A stretch of DNA of 46,297 nucleotides. Origin: Macrostomum lignano. Its lineage: Eukaryota. This document shows, piece after piece, positions 1 through 12,044 of this stretch. Under the pieces are notes generated by a model. That model was not told where the DNA came from, did not search any database, and worked only from the letters and a program-made list of their open reading frames with translations. The DNA lies in contig NIVC01002654.1 of NCBI GenBank assembly GCA_002269645.1, forward strand, positions 57,371-103,667, in the 5' to 3' direction. How positions within the stretch are numbered: position 1 is the stretch's first letter; every line of letters starts with the position of its first letter. Made by a program: the position numbers and the translations under genes.

Positions 1-1539
1 AACATACCAGTTTAATGGTAGCCACCCGGCCCATCGGTGGCGACGAAAATGTTAATCTAAGTGCTTATAATAATAGTCGTTTTGTTTTAATCTTTAACAA
101 CTGTAATATTTATAACCTGAAGTTTGTCTTAATGCTAATCTTGCCGTTGCTCAAAAAAGGCTATTAAATAGAGGCAAAATTAAAAAGCGACAGGCCTAAT
201 CTAAAGTTTTTCAAGTAAATATTAAGAATCATGTTCAAGAATTCGTGTTGACATTTCGAAGAGTGAAATAGAAGGAAAACATATCGTATGTACTACTGGT
301 AAGTAGAATACTGAGGAGGCGATCGAAATGAAACGAAGTAGATCTCGGAGTTACATGATCCCTGAGGTTAAATACCCTAGATTACTGTAAGATATTTAAA
401 AGAAGAAATACATATTAAGAGATTCCAGGCCTGTAAAAGAATTGATCCTGCACTCGGAACATAGTAAGAACGCGACCAGTAAGAAGTAAGAAATTACTCA
501 GACAGACAAAGACTAATGCTCGAAGGAATATCTAAAAGAGACAAAATATTTACTAGAGTATTTTTGCTTAACTATTTGTTTAAAGATTGAAGGTCCAACT
601 GAAGAGACTCACTAGACTAGGAGAAATCCGACTTGACTGCAAGGCTTCCAGCGTACCGCTGAGCAAAATTAAAAACAAAGAAGTATAGTCACGCCGGAGA
701 CAAAAGAGGTCACAAGTTGTCTTTGTCTTAAAGTTGACTTCATAAGCTACGAACTTGATGCTGTCTACACGTAGAAAATATATATAAGAAGGCTAAATCA
801 CAGTGGTTCCTTTTGGTAGACAATTCCTTATCTGTCTTAAATGTATAAATGAGTTCGATAAAATATATTTTGAAAGTAAAATCGGTATAGACTTCAGCTG
901 ATGGCAATAAAATTGTAGAAAGCAATACTAGCAAAAATAGATCTGAGCGGCAAATTTGGTATAAAACACGGCTTCTTAAATTTCAGTTTTGTGAGCTTAA
1001 AAATATTTATAAAGGAACAAAATGACCATCTTTGAGGCAACGTTAGGCACCAGAAGTTAGTAAGATACTATGTCTAACTAAAGTATTAGTTATCTTGGAT
1101 GTTTTTTGAAGCTTAGTACTAAAAAATTATGATTAATATCTCTAGGCATCTGCGCCCTTCATCAGCAGCAGCCAGTGGGCCAAGAACTCAATCGGATCAG
1201 CTGGTCGCGCGTCGGCAACTCTGGCCAAGCCTCTGGACAGGACGGCGCCTAAAAGTTTCATTAAAGTAAAATATAATCAAAAAGATTTCTAATGCTTTTT
1301 AATAAATCATATATTTATATAAACTGTTTATTTGTTTTAAAACATTCTGCAAACAAAACCGATGCTACACCTAGAAATTTGACTGCTAAGTTTTCTGAAG
1401 GTGAATGTTTTTTTGAGTCTGGATCAACAAATTTTCAATAAATTTGCATATCGGACTGCAATCGTCACTTTGTATTTAATAAATAATACTGAACCTACGC
1501 ACAATGATGCATGCCCCCAATACACTATTATAGTGGGTA

Positions 1540-1779
1540 TTACTCACGAACATAGCTAAGGTAGTCGCGTTGTAGGTAATCGTTAATCGGTTTCGGATTT
1601 CTGTTATTTAACAACGCCTGGTGACTATCGGTGTGTTTTGTCTGCAGAATTTCGTACACCTGCACCGGATGGTCTCGAAGCAAGACGACAAGTCTGTTGG
1701 GGCTCGGAGACATGAGCAGCACTGGCTCCTCCTCGAATAGATAGTTGAATAGCAGAGAGCCGTCCAGGAGGGAGAAGGC
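1540..1779 (-). CDS. NWD1: NWD1-like gene, terminal coding exon (exon 8). It encodes ...AFSLLDGSLLFNYLFEEEPVLLMSPSPNRLVVLLRDHPVQVYEIL... and ends at a stop.
   Basis: Minus-strand ORF 1540..1722 extends upstream in frame to acceptor cacag|GCC at about 1779. Phase 0 matches the donor of the upstream exon. An ATTAAA polyA-like signal lies downstream on minus at about 1480. Confidence 0.55.
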   Translation of the reverse strand, partial: AFSLLDGSLLFNYLFEEEPVLLMSPSPNRLVVLLRDHPVQVYEILQTKHTDSHQALLNNRNPKPINDYLQRDYLSYVRE

Positions 1780-1840
1780 CTGTGGATGTTTGAGTTGGTT
1801 GATTAAACATACAGAACACTGACTTTAAGACTAGATATGA

Positions 1841-2240
1841 ATCCTAAAGTAGAGGTAGGACACACTGCAACCCGATAACTGGACTCACTGCAACTCGATG
1901 ACTGGACACACTGCAACCCGATGACTGTGGACACACTGCAACCCAATAACTGAACTCACTGCAACCCAATAACTGAATTCACTGCAACCCGATGACTGTG
2001 GACACACTGCAACCCAATAACTGAACTCACTGCAACCCAATAACTGAATTCACTGCAACCCGATGACTGTGGACACATTGCAACCCAATAACTGAACTCC
2101 TGCAACCCGATGACTGGACACATTGCAACCCGATGACTGGACACATTGCAACCCGATGACTGGACACACTGCAACCCGATGACTGTGGACACACTGCAAC
2201 CCAATGACTGTGGACACACTGCAACCCGATGACTGTTATT
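1841..2240. repeat. Minisatellite, unit about 21-23 bp (CACTGCAACCCGATGACTGGA/ CTGTGGA variants), left part of an array split by a SINE.
   Basis: Direct tandem periodicity visible in the sequence. It lies within the last intron of the NWD1-like gene. Confidence 0.9.
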
Positions 2241-2250
2241 ATTACAGGCA

Positions 2251-2597
2251 GGGGGGTTGTGTGCACCCTGGCGCAATTTAAGCGACATTGTCACACAACC
2301 GGCGAGAGGCATTACTGCCCATTCCGCCGACTCCCCTGAGCAGGCATACAAGCGCGCGGATACGTTACGCAGGCACACACTCACACAGGAGTGTACAGCG
2401 GCCCTAACTTTATCAATTGTTAGGCATGTACACTTCACTGCGCCTTGGGGGGGTTGGCTCTCAAGGCCGTTAATTGCACAAGCGAGCCAAGCCAAGATTC
2501 CAATCCAGCCCCAAATTAATGTGGCTGCACTTGGAATCGAGCCTGGGTTGCGGCACACCAGAGCAGCTGCGCTACCGCTGGGCTACGGCCCCCCCCC
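2251..2597 (-). mobile_element. tRNA-derived SINE, copy 1 (about 350 bp), inserted into the minisatellite.
   Basis: Read on minus, it shows a G9 run, then GGCCGTAGCCCAGCGGTAGCGCAG (A-box-like TRGCNNAGYGG) and GGCTCGATTCC (B-box-like). A body follows that is shared with the copy at 35295-35490 (TTCAAGTGCAG.CACATT.ATTT.GGGCT..ATTG.AATCT.GGCTTGGCTC....GTGCAATTAACG.CCTTGAG.GCCAACCCCC...ACATGCCTAAC). It is flanked by the same satellite unit on both sides, with a possible target-site duplication (TSD) ccgatgactgt. Confidence 0.65.
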
Positions 2598-3000
2598 GAT
2601 GACTGTGGACACACTGCAACCCGATGACTGGACACATTGCAACCTAATAACTGGACACTGGACACACTGCAAACCGATGACTAAACACACTGCAACCCCA
2701 TGACTAAACACACTGCAACCCCATGACTAAACACACTGCAACCCCATGACTAAACACACTGCAGCCCGATCACTAAACACACTGCAACCCCATGACTAAA
2801 CACACTGCAACCCGATGACTGTGGACACACTGCAACCCCATGACTAAACACACTGCAACCCTGACTAAACACACTGCAACCCGATCACTAAACACACTGC
2901 AACCCCATGACTAAACACACTGCAACCCGATGACTGGACACACTGCAACCCGATGACTGGACACACTGCAACCCGATGCCTGGACACATTGTAACCAAAG
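2598..3000. repeat. Minisatellite, same 21-23 bp family, right part.
   Basis: Tandem periodicity. Continues the 1841-2240 array after the SINE. Confidence 0.9.
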
Positions 3001-3051
3001 ACAGGTAGCATTCTAACAAAAAACTGAACAGTCTTGATCCGCCAAACTCAC

Positions 3052-3672
3052 CTGCAGAATTCTCTGACCATCCTGCATCAGGTCCTCCTCTGTCCCATCC
3101 TCCTGATCTCGATTGCTCCACCTTTGCCCCAAGGCGAGCCTTCGTCCAATAAGTACGGAACCGTCCATCGCCAACAGCATGTCCTTCAGCACCACGGCGT
3201 TGGTTGGGTCAAGATCGCGAACTGTTTCTCCAGTCTGGACGCTGACAATCTTCATCCGGTAGGTAACGCAGCGCTCACCATCAGGCAGGAGACACAGAAT
3301 CCCAGAGTCGAAGGTCTTGCTTACGGATACAACTCCCAGGTTAACATCGTAGGTCACGAGCTGACCAGGCCAGCACATGACCTCGCGGTGAAGAGCTCTG
3401 GCGTGGCTTTCAATACCTACGCATCGGTACTGAACGATCACGTGACCCGGATGTCCTGGTCGAGCAAACAACATCTCCGGTTGACAATGATCGTCGTGTT
3501 TCAGTTTCAGAGAAAATTGCAGCACCAGTTGAAGCCCGTTCTGGGCTAGACAGAGCATAGCGGCTGACACCTTGGATGAGTCGCCGCCTGCCGCTTGAGT
3601 CAGCAACTCGGACAGCTTCGGTACGATCTCAGCGGCCAGTGGGGCGCCACTTTCCTGGTCAACTGAGCTTTC
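3052..3672 (-). CDS. NWD1: NWD1-like exon 7 (WD-repeat region).
   Basis: ORF 3013..3678. Acceptor tttgcag|GAAAGC at about 3672 and donor CAG|GTGAGT at about 3052. Both are phase 0. Confidence 0.75.
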
Positions 3673-3859
3673 CTGCAAAGGAAAGTAGAGGGACTGAGTT
3701 ATGTTTAGATAGGAAGTTCAAGATCAAACTGAATCTGGCTTAGTAAGACTCTGGTTTGGACTCAAGACTACGAGTAAAAATCCCGTGTTTGTGAATTACT
3801 CATTCGTGAAAATTGACTCAATGATATTACAATTAGGCTGTATCTGCAACCAAACTCAC

Positions 3860-6580
3860 CAGGTACTCAGCAATCTTCAATCGCAGCAGCTCTCTAGCCT
3901 GGCTGATTGCAAATTTGTTTAGCTCCAGTTCGCCTTGCGACCCGCCGTCCTTGGCAACTGCCAGGTCGAGGCGCGCATCCGCCTGCGCCAGATCGCTGGC
4001 AGCTGCGCGCATCGCTTCAACTGCAGCTCGGCGAGTTGCATAACTTAAAAATGCCTCACCGATCGGAAGTTTCGACGGCAGTTGCGGCGCTTTCAGGCGT
4101 TCAATACGGCGAGTAAGTAGATCAGCGCACAGAATCTGGACAGTTTTCTTCAACAGTAGAAACATTTGACCTTTGTCGCTGGATAGAACTCCGAAATAGT
4201 CGGAAGCTTCATCAAACATAGGCGGTCTGTGCTCATCTTTGGCCAACAGGTACCCCACTGGTAGCGAAGTGAACTGGGGGTGATTTGTGATTATTACCGT
4301 CAACTCTGTGCGGCTTGGATCGATCGAGTTTGAGTCAACATCAAACAGAGTTCCATTGGTCAGTGTCGTGGACTCCGAGTCTACCAGACGCATGCCCAGA
4401 TACCTTGGATCGTGCACTAAAACCAGATTAACGCATTTCAATTCGTCCCAATTCTCATTGTAGTCCTTGAGAAAGGGATCTAGATGCTTAACGAAATCAT
4501 CTGCGGTGTTATCTTCGGGTTTGGATTCTTCAGCTTTCTCAGAACCTTTTAGGTAATTATCTTCGTCCTCCTCCGCGAAGACTCCCATAGCATCAGAAGC
4601 GTTGCTGCTGTCTTTGCCTCTGATATCGATTACAATGCGACTCCTTCCAGTTCCAAAGTCTACTTCCACCGCTTGTCCTTGATTGACTTGCTGGTCGTAG
4701 AATGATGAAATCATTTTACCAGATTGACCAGGGCGATATGCAAATAGACCCTGTTTTATCATTTTAGTGCTGATCTTCGCCTTATCAAAGTCGCCTATGG
4801 AGGCCTGCAGAGCGGACAGTTTCAGTATCTTCAGGTGCACCCACGAGTCATTGGTAACTGATTCATCCGGGAGCAAGTTGATCGCCAAGAAGTCTGTGCC
4901 GCTAGGCTGGCCCAGGCTGTAGAATTCGGAATTTCCAGTTAAAGTGCGCAGAAAACTGCCATCTCTGGCGGACCATAGGTTTAACATGCAGCCAGATCTG
5001 CCTTTTGAGAGCAACAAGTCACCATTAGAACTGATGAATAGAGAGTCCATCAGAGGCGCTATTTCCTTACTGTCGTCCTGGTCTAAATTGTGCGTCTCCT
5101 CTAGCACTGAATGGTAGGACAGCTGTGCGGATGAACCGTCGCAGAGGTTGCAGACAAAGCCCATACCGCTCTGCACCGGTGAGCGAAACATCAGAGCAGC
5201 TGTTCCACCATCTGCGGACAGTACTATGCTAAACTCGTGGTTTGCATCGGTCGCTGGACGGATTAACTTCCAGAAAGCACTTTTGTGTACTTCTTTACTA
5301 TTGATGGTGAAGCAGTGCACACTAAATGCTACGCTGTGTGAAGCATTCTCTGGCCCCTCTGTGCGTGTGATGATGAGAAGCTTTCCGTGCAAGACGAACG
5401 GGCAAAACGACTGGAACTGTGAATTCAGAGCTCGTTCTGTCAGCTCAGGACAGCCCAGCTCGACTTCAGTACAGTACTTATCAAGAATAAGAAGACGTGG
5501 AACGTGGGCTGGAGGTCCAGTGGCATCATGATCTGAAAACAACTCGGAATGTCCTACAAAGAACAAGAACTGATCGCCGTTCAATATCGGGCCCTCCCAG
5601 CGCGATTCGCTAGCCAGTAACCGAACCAAATGTAGCGGTTCAGGTCGCAACAAATAGAAAGGTGTTCTCGAAGCTGACTCTGACGTTTTCTTTCTAAGAA
5701 CGAGGTGTTTGTCTGATGCAGCGTAAACTAGGTTGTCACCAGACTCGGCTGCCGCCAGAGCAATCTCACCGGGCAAAGAGTCCATGACGACTCGCCAAGC
5801 TCCAGTGTGCAAATTCGTTTTGAATATTTTGTAAGTTTTGTTGTCGTTGGGATCCTCTTTAGCAATGGAAAGATAGCAGCCACTCGGCTGGAGAGTCCGC
5901 ATATGACGCAGATGAATATGCAAAAGCACTGGACTTTGGCATTCAATTTTCTTCAGTTCGTTGCCCTCATGATCGAACCACCAAACAGTTCCGTCTAAAC
6001 GGTCGTCGAGTGACACGGCGTATATTTGGCCTGACTCGCAGAGCATACCGAGGGCCAGCTGCACCTGCACAGTGCACTGGGTGAAGCTGCTGCCGCTATC
6101 GAAGCAGCTGTTCAGCGGTAGGATTCGAGCTGTACTGGCGTTGTCGTCCCGACAGCCGTTCAGAAGGCGCTGAATATTGCGCGACTCTTCCGCAAAGTGA
6201 CGCAGGCGGCCGCACAAGTCGACAGCGAGGGCCAGGGAGCTGTGGCCAAGGCTGAGAGACGCCACGCGGATTGCGTTGAACACTCGTTCCGCGTCAACTG
6301 CTGCATTCCAGTCACCTTTTTCGGACTCGTTGAGGTCTAGAAACAAGCGCAAGTCCCTCATCAGCTGGTAGCGAGACGAACTGGTCAGCCTAGCCTCCAG
6401 GTGAACCACATTGAAGGTCACTTCGCGATGGAATTCTTCAATACGACCGCTGCGTACCAGATGATAGGGCAGTTCGCTCAGCTTCCTCAGGTTTAGCCGT
6501 CTGCTTCCATCGGCCTGCATCTGCAGAGTGTGTGGCTGCGCTGCCACTTGTCTGTCCGCTTCAGTCGGTGGCGCAATGCC
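3860..6580 (-). CDS. NWD1: NWD1-like exon 6, a giant 2.7-kb exon encoding the WD40-repeat region (about 907 codons).
   Basis: 904-aa ORF 3833..6547 extended upstream to acceptor ttttcag|GGCATT (about 6580). Donor CTG|GTGAGT at about 3860. Contains repeated WD-like blades. Confidence 0.8.
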
Positions 6581-6675
6581 CTGAAAATTTCAGCAATTTT
6601 TTTGGCTTAAAGTGCTTTCTACGACTAAAGTTCCATGTCCTTTTCATCTATCTCAAGATTGAGAGTAAGTCTTAC

Positions 6676-7507
6676 TTGTCGAGATAATTTGGCAGCCAGA
6701 TTTGTTGGACAATGGAACGGTTTCGCTTTTCCTGCCCAGACGCCCAGGAAGTAATCAGCCAGACGAGAGTGAGTCGCCCGGGCGTGAGCAGAATCCACGA
6801 ACAGGTACTCACGCGCAACCTCCCAGAACTGCCTGTGGTACCAGAAAAAAACTCTGCTGGCATCGGCCTCTCTCTCGACAAGGTAGTCACCGATCTCGTG
6901 TCTCAGTCGCGTCCAGCAAAGTGGCGGCACTCGAATGAACGGCGGCAGGTGATGCGCGAATATCTCGCCCAGCACGTCCTCATCTAGAGACAGGAGGTCT
7001 TCCATTTCAACGTCGCTCAGACCGTTTCTAGACGCTGTGATGTAAGACAGCGAGTGGCGCACTAGCAGGGTGCCAAATTGCTTCTCCAGTCGACCGAAAA
7101 AGTGAATGATGGCGCCTCGAACTGTGTGCTGTAGACTTTCAATTGGCGTGTAGGATCGCCACTGCACAACCTCGTTGAACATCAGAGTCATGAAGATTGG
7201 CAGGCTGCACTCATTGAATGCGCTTTGCACCAGTTTCCATTGCGACGCAGTTAGGCATCGCCCTCGCGTTTCCAACATCTGCTGCACGATGCTGCAACAC
7301 AGCGACGGCTCCAGGCCGCGAACCTCGATGAAAGCGTCCGCATCGTTTTCAAGCAGCCTCTGGCACGTGTCCAGAATTCCGTGCAGCTCTGGTAAGCAGC
7401 TCAAAACCAACTTCATGTTGTTGGGCTGTTCAGCTCGCAGCCAGTTCAGCGAGTGAGCTCCATCTGATGCATCCAGCTGATCCAATGAATCCAAGAGCAC
7501 AAATATC
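6676..7507 (-). CDS. NWD1: NWD1-like exon 5 (NACHT C-terminal part; begins [13 protein letters not shown], Walker-B-like).
   Basis: ORF 6625..7596. Acceptor cttcag|G at about 7507 takes the 2 nt left over from the upstream exon. Donor CAA|GTAAGA at about 6676. Confidence 0.8.
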
Positions 7508-7578
7508 CTGAAGTTCGAAGGGGTAAGAAAAAGGTGTAATTGGAAAAATAAATCGAATGCTGCCATAGCCAAACTAAC

Positions 7579-8705
7579 CTCCGTCCTTGTTGGCACAATG
7601 TCTCAGCCATGCGGTAGAAGTTCTCTACAAGATCGCGGAAGTCCTCCAGCGTCTGTAGCAGCTCGGTCTCAGATTGAGACATAAATACCGCCATTTGCAG
7701 ACAAATAGATTTCAGAGTCTGTCGAATGCTGGATGACGCTGGACTTGTTCCCAGAAATCTCATAAAAATCAGAGCCTCGGATCGCTGCGACTGGGGAAGC
7801 CAGTCTCTGATCAAGACTCCGGCTCTCGCTAGCACGGATGTCTTGCCGCTGCCTGAGCAGCCGTAGATCACAACAGGGCGAGTTGACGGCCCCATCAGTT
7901 GGCGTTTCACAGCTTCCATGCAGCTCTGCCGACCTTGAAACTGTTTCACATAGCTCACACACTGGTGCGAGTGCTGCAGCACCTCTGTGTACAGACTGTC
8001 CGACTCCAGGCCAGACAGCTGATTCATGCCTCGATCGATCAACCGGCGCAGCTGAACCTCGAAATCGACCGCCAGCCGACCTTCGTAGTCCGCGTCGCCT
8101 TTGGTGACGGAGCTCCAAGTTACTCGATGCGTGACAATGTTGTCGGCCGGCAGCACGGCAGGCAGCTGCTGTTCCTTCAGTCTCTGAAGTTTCTCGAATG
8201 TTGCCTCATCTAAAGTGCCATCAGACAAAGTCTGTACAAATCTCGACACTGTTGAATCACCCGCCGCCACCTGCTGCTTCACATCTTCGATCTCTCGGCA
8301 AAACAACAGTGCATCTTGCCTACGACTATCTCTGCACTGAAAGACACCGTGAACAAACTCCAGGTGAGTGACAGATGCCGAGTAGCGCAGCGCCTGGTCT
8401 GGGCTCATCTCGCCCAACTCGACCGCCTCCTCCGCAGCAGCCGAGACCGCATCGATCAGCAGTCTCTCCTCGCTCCACCAGCCAGCTCGGGCCTCCTCCG
8501 CCTTGACCTCATCTCCATTGGCTAGCGACTCCGGACTCTGGAAGACAAACACCGGGTCGTCCGTCAGGTTCTCGTCCAGGCGGTACCACTTGTGCAGCAG
8601 AGCAAGCGTCGTATCGCTGCCGCTACTTTTGATTCTTCGCACTATAATCTCCATCTCAGATTGCTGGACCTTGTGTGGCAGCTGTCTTGAGCCGTAGCGG
8701 TGGCT
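7579..8705 (-). CDS. NWD1: NWD1-like exon 4: end of the N-terminal DUF4062-like region plus the NACHT P-loop ([19 protein letters not shown] at about 7815-7870).
   Basis: ORF 7446..8654 extended upstream to acceptor tttgatcag|GGGATT (about 8705). Donor AG|GTTAGT at about 7579. Walker A motif GxxxxGKT/S. Motifs ...[19 protein letters not shown]... recall NWD1. Confidence 0.8.
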
Positions 8706-8787
8706 TAGAATCCCCTGATCAAAAATAAATTAATAGTTTTGGCGATTTGCTTGATAAAAGTAAAGCTTATTGGCAATAGTGACTAAC

Positions 8788-8904
8788 CAAGAAGTGAGGG
8801 CCGATGGAAAGTCGCTGACAGTTCAGCAGCTCTGCTAAGCAAATTTCAGTAGCGGTCCGGTCAATGGTGGCTCCGTCTTGGATGCCCCATCGCATGTCGA
8901 CAAT
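8788..8904 (-). CDS. NWD1: NWD1-like exon 3 ([39 protein letters not shown]).
   Basis: Acceptor cttgcag|ATTGTC and donor TTG|gttagt. 117 nt, phase 0-0. The VD(L/M)RWGI and SIGP motifs are typical of the DUF4062 N-terminus of NWD1/NWD2/TEP1. Confidence 0.7.
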
Positions 8905-9005
8905 CTGCAAGAAGATTATAAAATATAAATGCGCTGTTTGTTACTGGCTTATTTCAAGCATTATTGTCCATTAAGTGTCGATATGTAAATATGCGAGCTA
9001 TTTAC

Positions 9006-9094
9006 GTTGAATGCAACTCCGTGCTGCTCGCGACAATAGCGCCTGAGCTTGGGATACACCTGGTTCATGATCACGTTTCTCTCCGTGTGCATGT
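9006..9094 (-). CDS. NWD1: NWD1-like exon 2 (D-MHTERNVIMNQVYPKLRRYCREQHGVAFN).
   Basis: Acceptor ttgcag|AC and donor AAC|gtaaat. 89 nt, phase 1-0. Continues the VFLSSTFSD... DUF4062 motif. Confidence 0.7.
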
Positions 9095-9306
9095 CTGCAA
9101 TCGTGAGGTTTTTATAGTTTTTTTATCATTGCTCAAATGTAAAAAGTTATATTATGATACTAACGAAAACAAGGACACTCAGGCGCAACGCCTTCGGCGA
9201 CACCGCCCCACAACCAGCTTACACGGTGTGAATCGCTTGACAACCCCCTAGGCCAATTTTGCTCCGCCTATTTAAGCAGAGGTTGTTTCAGTCCTCCAGA
9301 ACTCAC

Positions 9307-9466
9307 CAGAGAAAGTGGAGCTCAGAAAGACTCGAACTGTTCTGGAATTTTTCTCCGGCAAATCTGACGCAGAGGACAAAAGATCGCCAGACATCAACCG
9401 ACGAAAGACGTTCTGAGACTCGGACTCCAGCAGCAGCGCGGGAATCGCCTGGGTGAATCGCTTCAC
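9307..9466 (-). CDS. NWD1: NWD1-like exon 1 with the start codon (ATG at 9466, or internal ATG at about 9394). Encodes ...RTVRVFLSSTFS-G.
   Basis: ORF 9272..9466. Donor TCTG|GTGAGT at about 9307. VF(I/L)SSTF is the DUF4062 start. Confidence 0.65.
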
Positions 9467-11514
9467 AAGAGCGGGCCTCCGACGGCGTTGCTGTCCTTCG
9501 GTGACGGCGGGTGCCTTCGCAGCGTCGGAGCCCCTTTGTAGAAGACGTGCCCTGTCGAGTTACGATTTAGATAAGGGTGGGGGTTCAATCTGCGATACCG
9601 TAGCTTACAGGGCTTTTCGATCAGTGCCTGTAAAGATTCAAGACCACGCTATGGATACGCTATACACACAATAGATGACTACGTATGCCGTATTTCTGCC
9701 CTGACAATCTGACATTTCTTACTATCAGGAATTCTGCACATTGCTGGGTTTTGGCTCTAGCGATGTATAATCAAATCAAACTACAGCAACCAGGCCAAAA
9801 TCCTGTGAGGTTAACAACAAACTAACTGGCATGAAATCTAACTTGAAAACTTTCCTGGGAAATCTGTGTGATGATTATTTAGTTAATTTAAGTTATTTTC
9901 TAATCCAGTTTGGACGCTAATCTCACCCAGACATCAACTTCGTCCATTTTGAAACTTTTGATTTAGCCGCCGCTGCAGGTGCCACTCGCTGGCTAAGCCG
10001 CTTCAATAATGATGGCCGTCGAGCCATTGGGCCTCCGCTGCTTCCTCCAGTAGTGTGGCCGACCGCGGGAACAGTTGCATCGCCACTTTCCTTTGTCTCT
10101 TCTTCCTGAAGTTTGCATAAGAAAACACCCTTCATTTTAAAGTTTGAACTATATTACTTTATAATATTTAAGAAGCCTTTTAAATTTTCTTTAAATTGAG
10201 GAAAAGTTAAATATATAATATATTTTACTTTTATATTAAAGTAAAAATATTTTACTTGGGAAAATTGTAAGTATATAGACTTCAGATCATAAATATTTGA
10301 TTTGGAAGCCTTTACTTAGCAAACTAGTAATTTAGTCTTTGATTGGTATGCTTTAATGTTTACCTTTTCTGAATGATTTATTGTGAAACTTTTTACTCAA
10401 AAATATACTAATAAAGTTAAAAATCACAACATACAAATAGGAATAGCAGCTTACAAAATTAATTTAATATTAATATTACTATCTTTTTAAATATTTTATT
10501 TAAATATGCTTCTAGAATACAGAAAAGTTATAAAGATACATTATACAAATGATGCATGTTACATGAAAAGGAAATTGTTTGCAGCAAATTTTTATGTCTC
10601 ATATTGCATACAGCATACTGTACAATGAAACTAGGTCTAATATGCCTAATTCAAAAGGCTGTGAAAGTCTGGGAAAGATTGAAAGTTACTTTTACAAGCA
10701 CAAATTTCCAAAACAGCCCAAAAGTTCTGATAAAAATCTGTTAAATTTGAAAAGCTGGAAATTTAATTGCAGGCTTATCAAATTTTAAAATTTAATTTTC
10801 TGGAACCTACGGTTTCTACCCAGGTTAATTTATTAAGTTGAAAAATATGTTTGAAAAATTGCACAGGTGTTTTTTAGGAGTATGAAACGAAAAGTTAACA
10901 TTAATAATTGCCATCTTCCTTATTATTGTATCAGTTTAATTTTGTACCATTACATAGTTAATTTAACTATTAGAAGACTGATATCAAAGGCTTAGTCTCT
11001 TTCAGTCTTTATCAAAGAATGATAGAAATACTTAGGGCTAAGCTTCATCAAACCATAATAACTGCGTAACTCGCAATTAACCTACCAATTATATTGACTT
11101 TTGTGCCCACGTGCATGAGTTTAAGTTTTAAAGCGTATTGGAAACGTAGTCTCCAAGTTTTATATAAATAAAACATAAACAGAAGTTAAGGACATTAAAT
11201 AAAACTTTAGATAAAATTGATTTATTGTGTTATGTTTACTTCAAAATTAACAATTTTTTTCTAATTTGTTTAGCTACGTACAATTATGCGGTATAGCAAC
11301 ATTTTCAAGCAAAGTAAAGTATTATTAAGTAAATAATGCATATAATTGTTCAGTTATATTTACAAATTATATTTTCAAGATTTTTATTTTGTTCCCACTT
11401 TGACTAATATATAAGAAGCAAATAGATGGTTTCTAATTATTTGAATTCGCTTGCACATTACCCTGGAGACTTCCCTTGCCCATGCTATCGATCCAGACAG
11501 CATCAATTTAATGT

Positions 11515-11598
11515 TATAAAATAAACCGATGATTGATTTTGGCTGGCGATAAAGAAAACGAAGTTAGGGCGGTCGCAGCCCAGAATTCATTTTTTTCT
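11515..11598 (-). repeat. 3' LTR, about 84 bp (TGTTTAAGTTAGAAA...GGTTTATTTTATA on minus).
   Basis: About 90% identical to 14221-14320. Confidence 0.6.
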
Positions 11599-12044
11599 AA
11601 CTTAAACACAGGTCAATGGTTGGGCGTTGGCGGAGAAATATTATTTGAGTACATTGTGCGTACAGTGAAAATAGAGAAAATAACTTATGGATGAAACAGG
11701 CGGCTAGCTTAGGCCAACTCATTTTTTCGACACTCCTCCTTTTTCCTACGAATTCGAAAGTCGTGGGAAAGGACAAAAATAATGGTCTGAGGATTGAACC
11801 TCTAAAAAAATCAACGACTGGACTGGCCATCTCACCCGTTCCCAGCGCCGGGAATTCCCAGCACCCGCAACGCGAAGAAGAACCGAACGGATAGCACCAT
11901 CACGGCCAGGACGCACTTCCTCGACAATACCCAATTTCCACTTGAGTCTTGTTGTCGAGCTTCACCTGCCAGAAGAACCACTTCACCAACATTTGGTGAA
12001 CGGTGGTTTAGGTTGATCCTTTAGGGCTTTCTCGAGCAGAAACT

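Noticed and set aside
2257-2703. Plus-strand ORF of 148 aa.
   Set aside because: It lies wholly inside the SINE copy and adjacent satellite and has no coding character.
3034-3549. Plus-strand ORF of 171 aa. Others are 5148..5531, 6702..6987, 7838..8213 and 8316..8697.
   Set aside because: They are antisense to well-supported NWD1-like minus-strand exons and are chance open frames in GC-rich coding DNA.
9470-11510. AT-rich intergenic stretches here, at 15290-16400 and at 43600-46297, checked for genes or RNA genes.
   Set aside because: Only short, low-complexity ORFs were found. There were no splice-consistent coding segments and no structured-RNA hallmarks that I could verify by eye.
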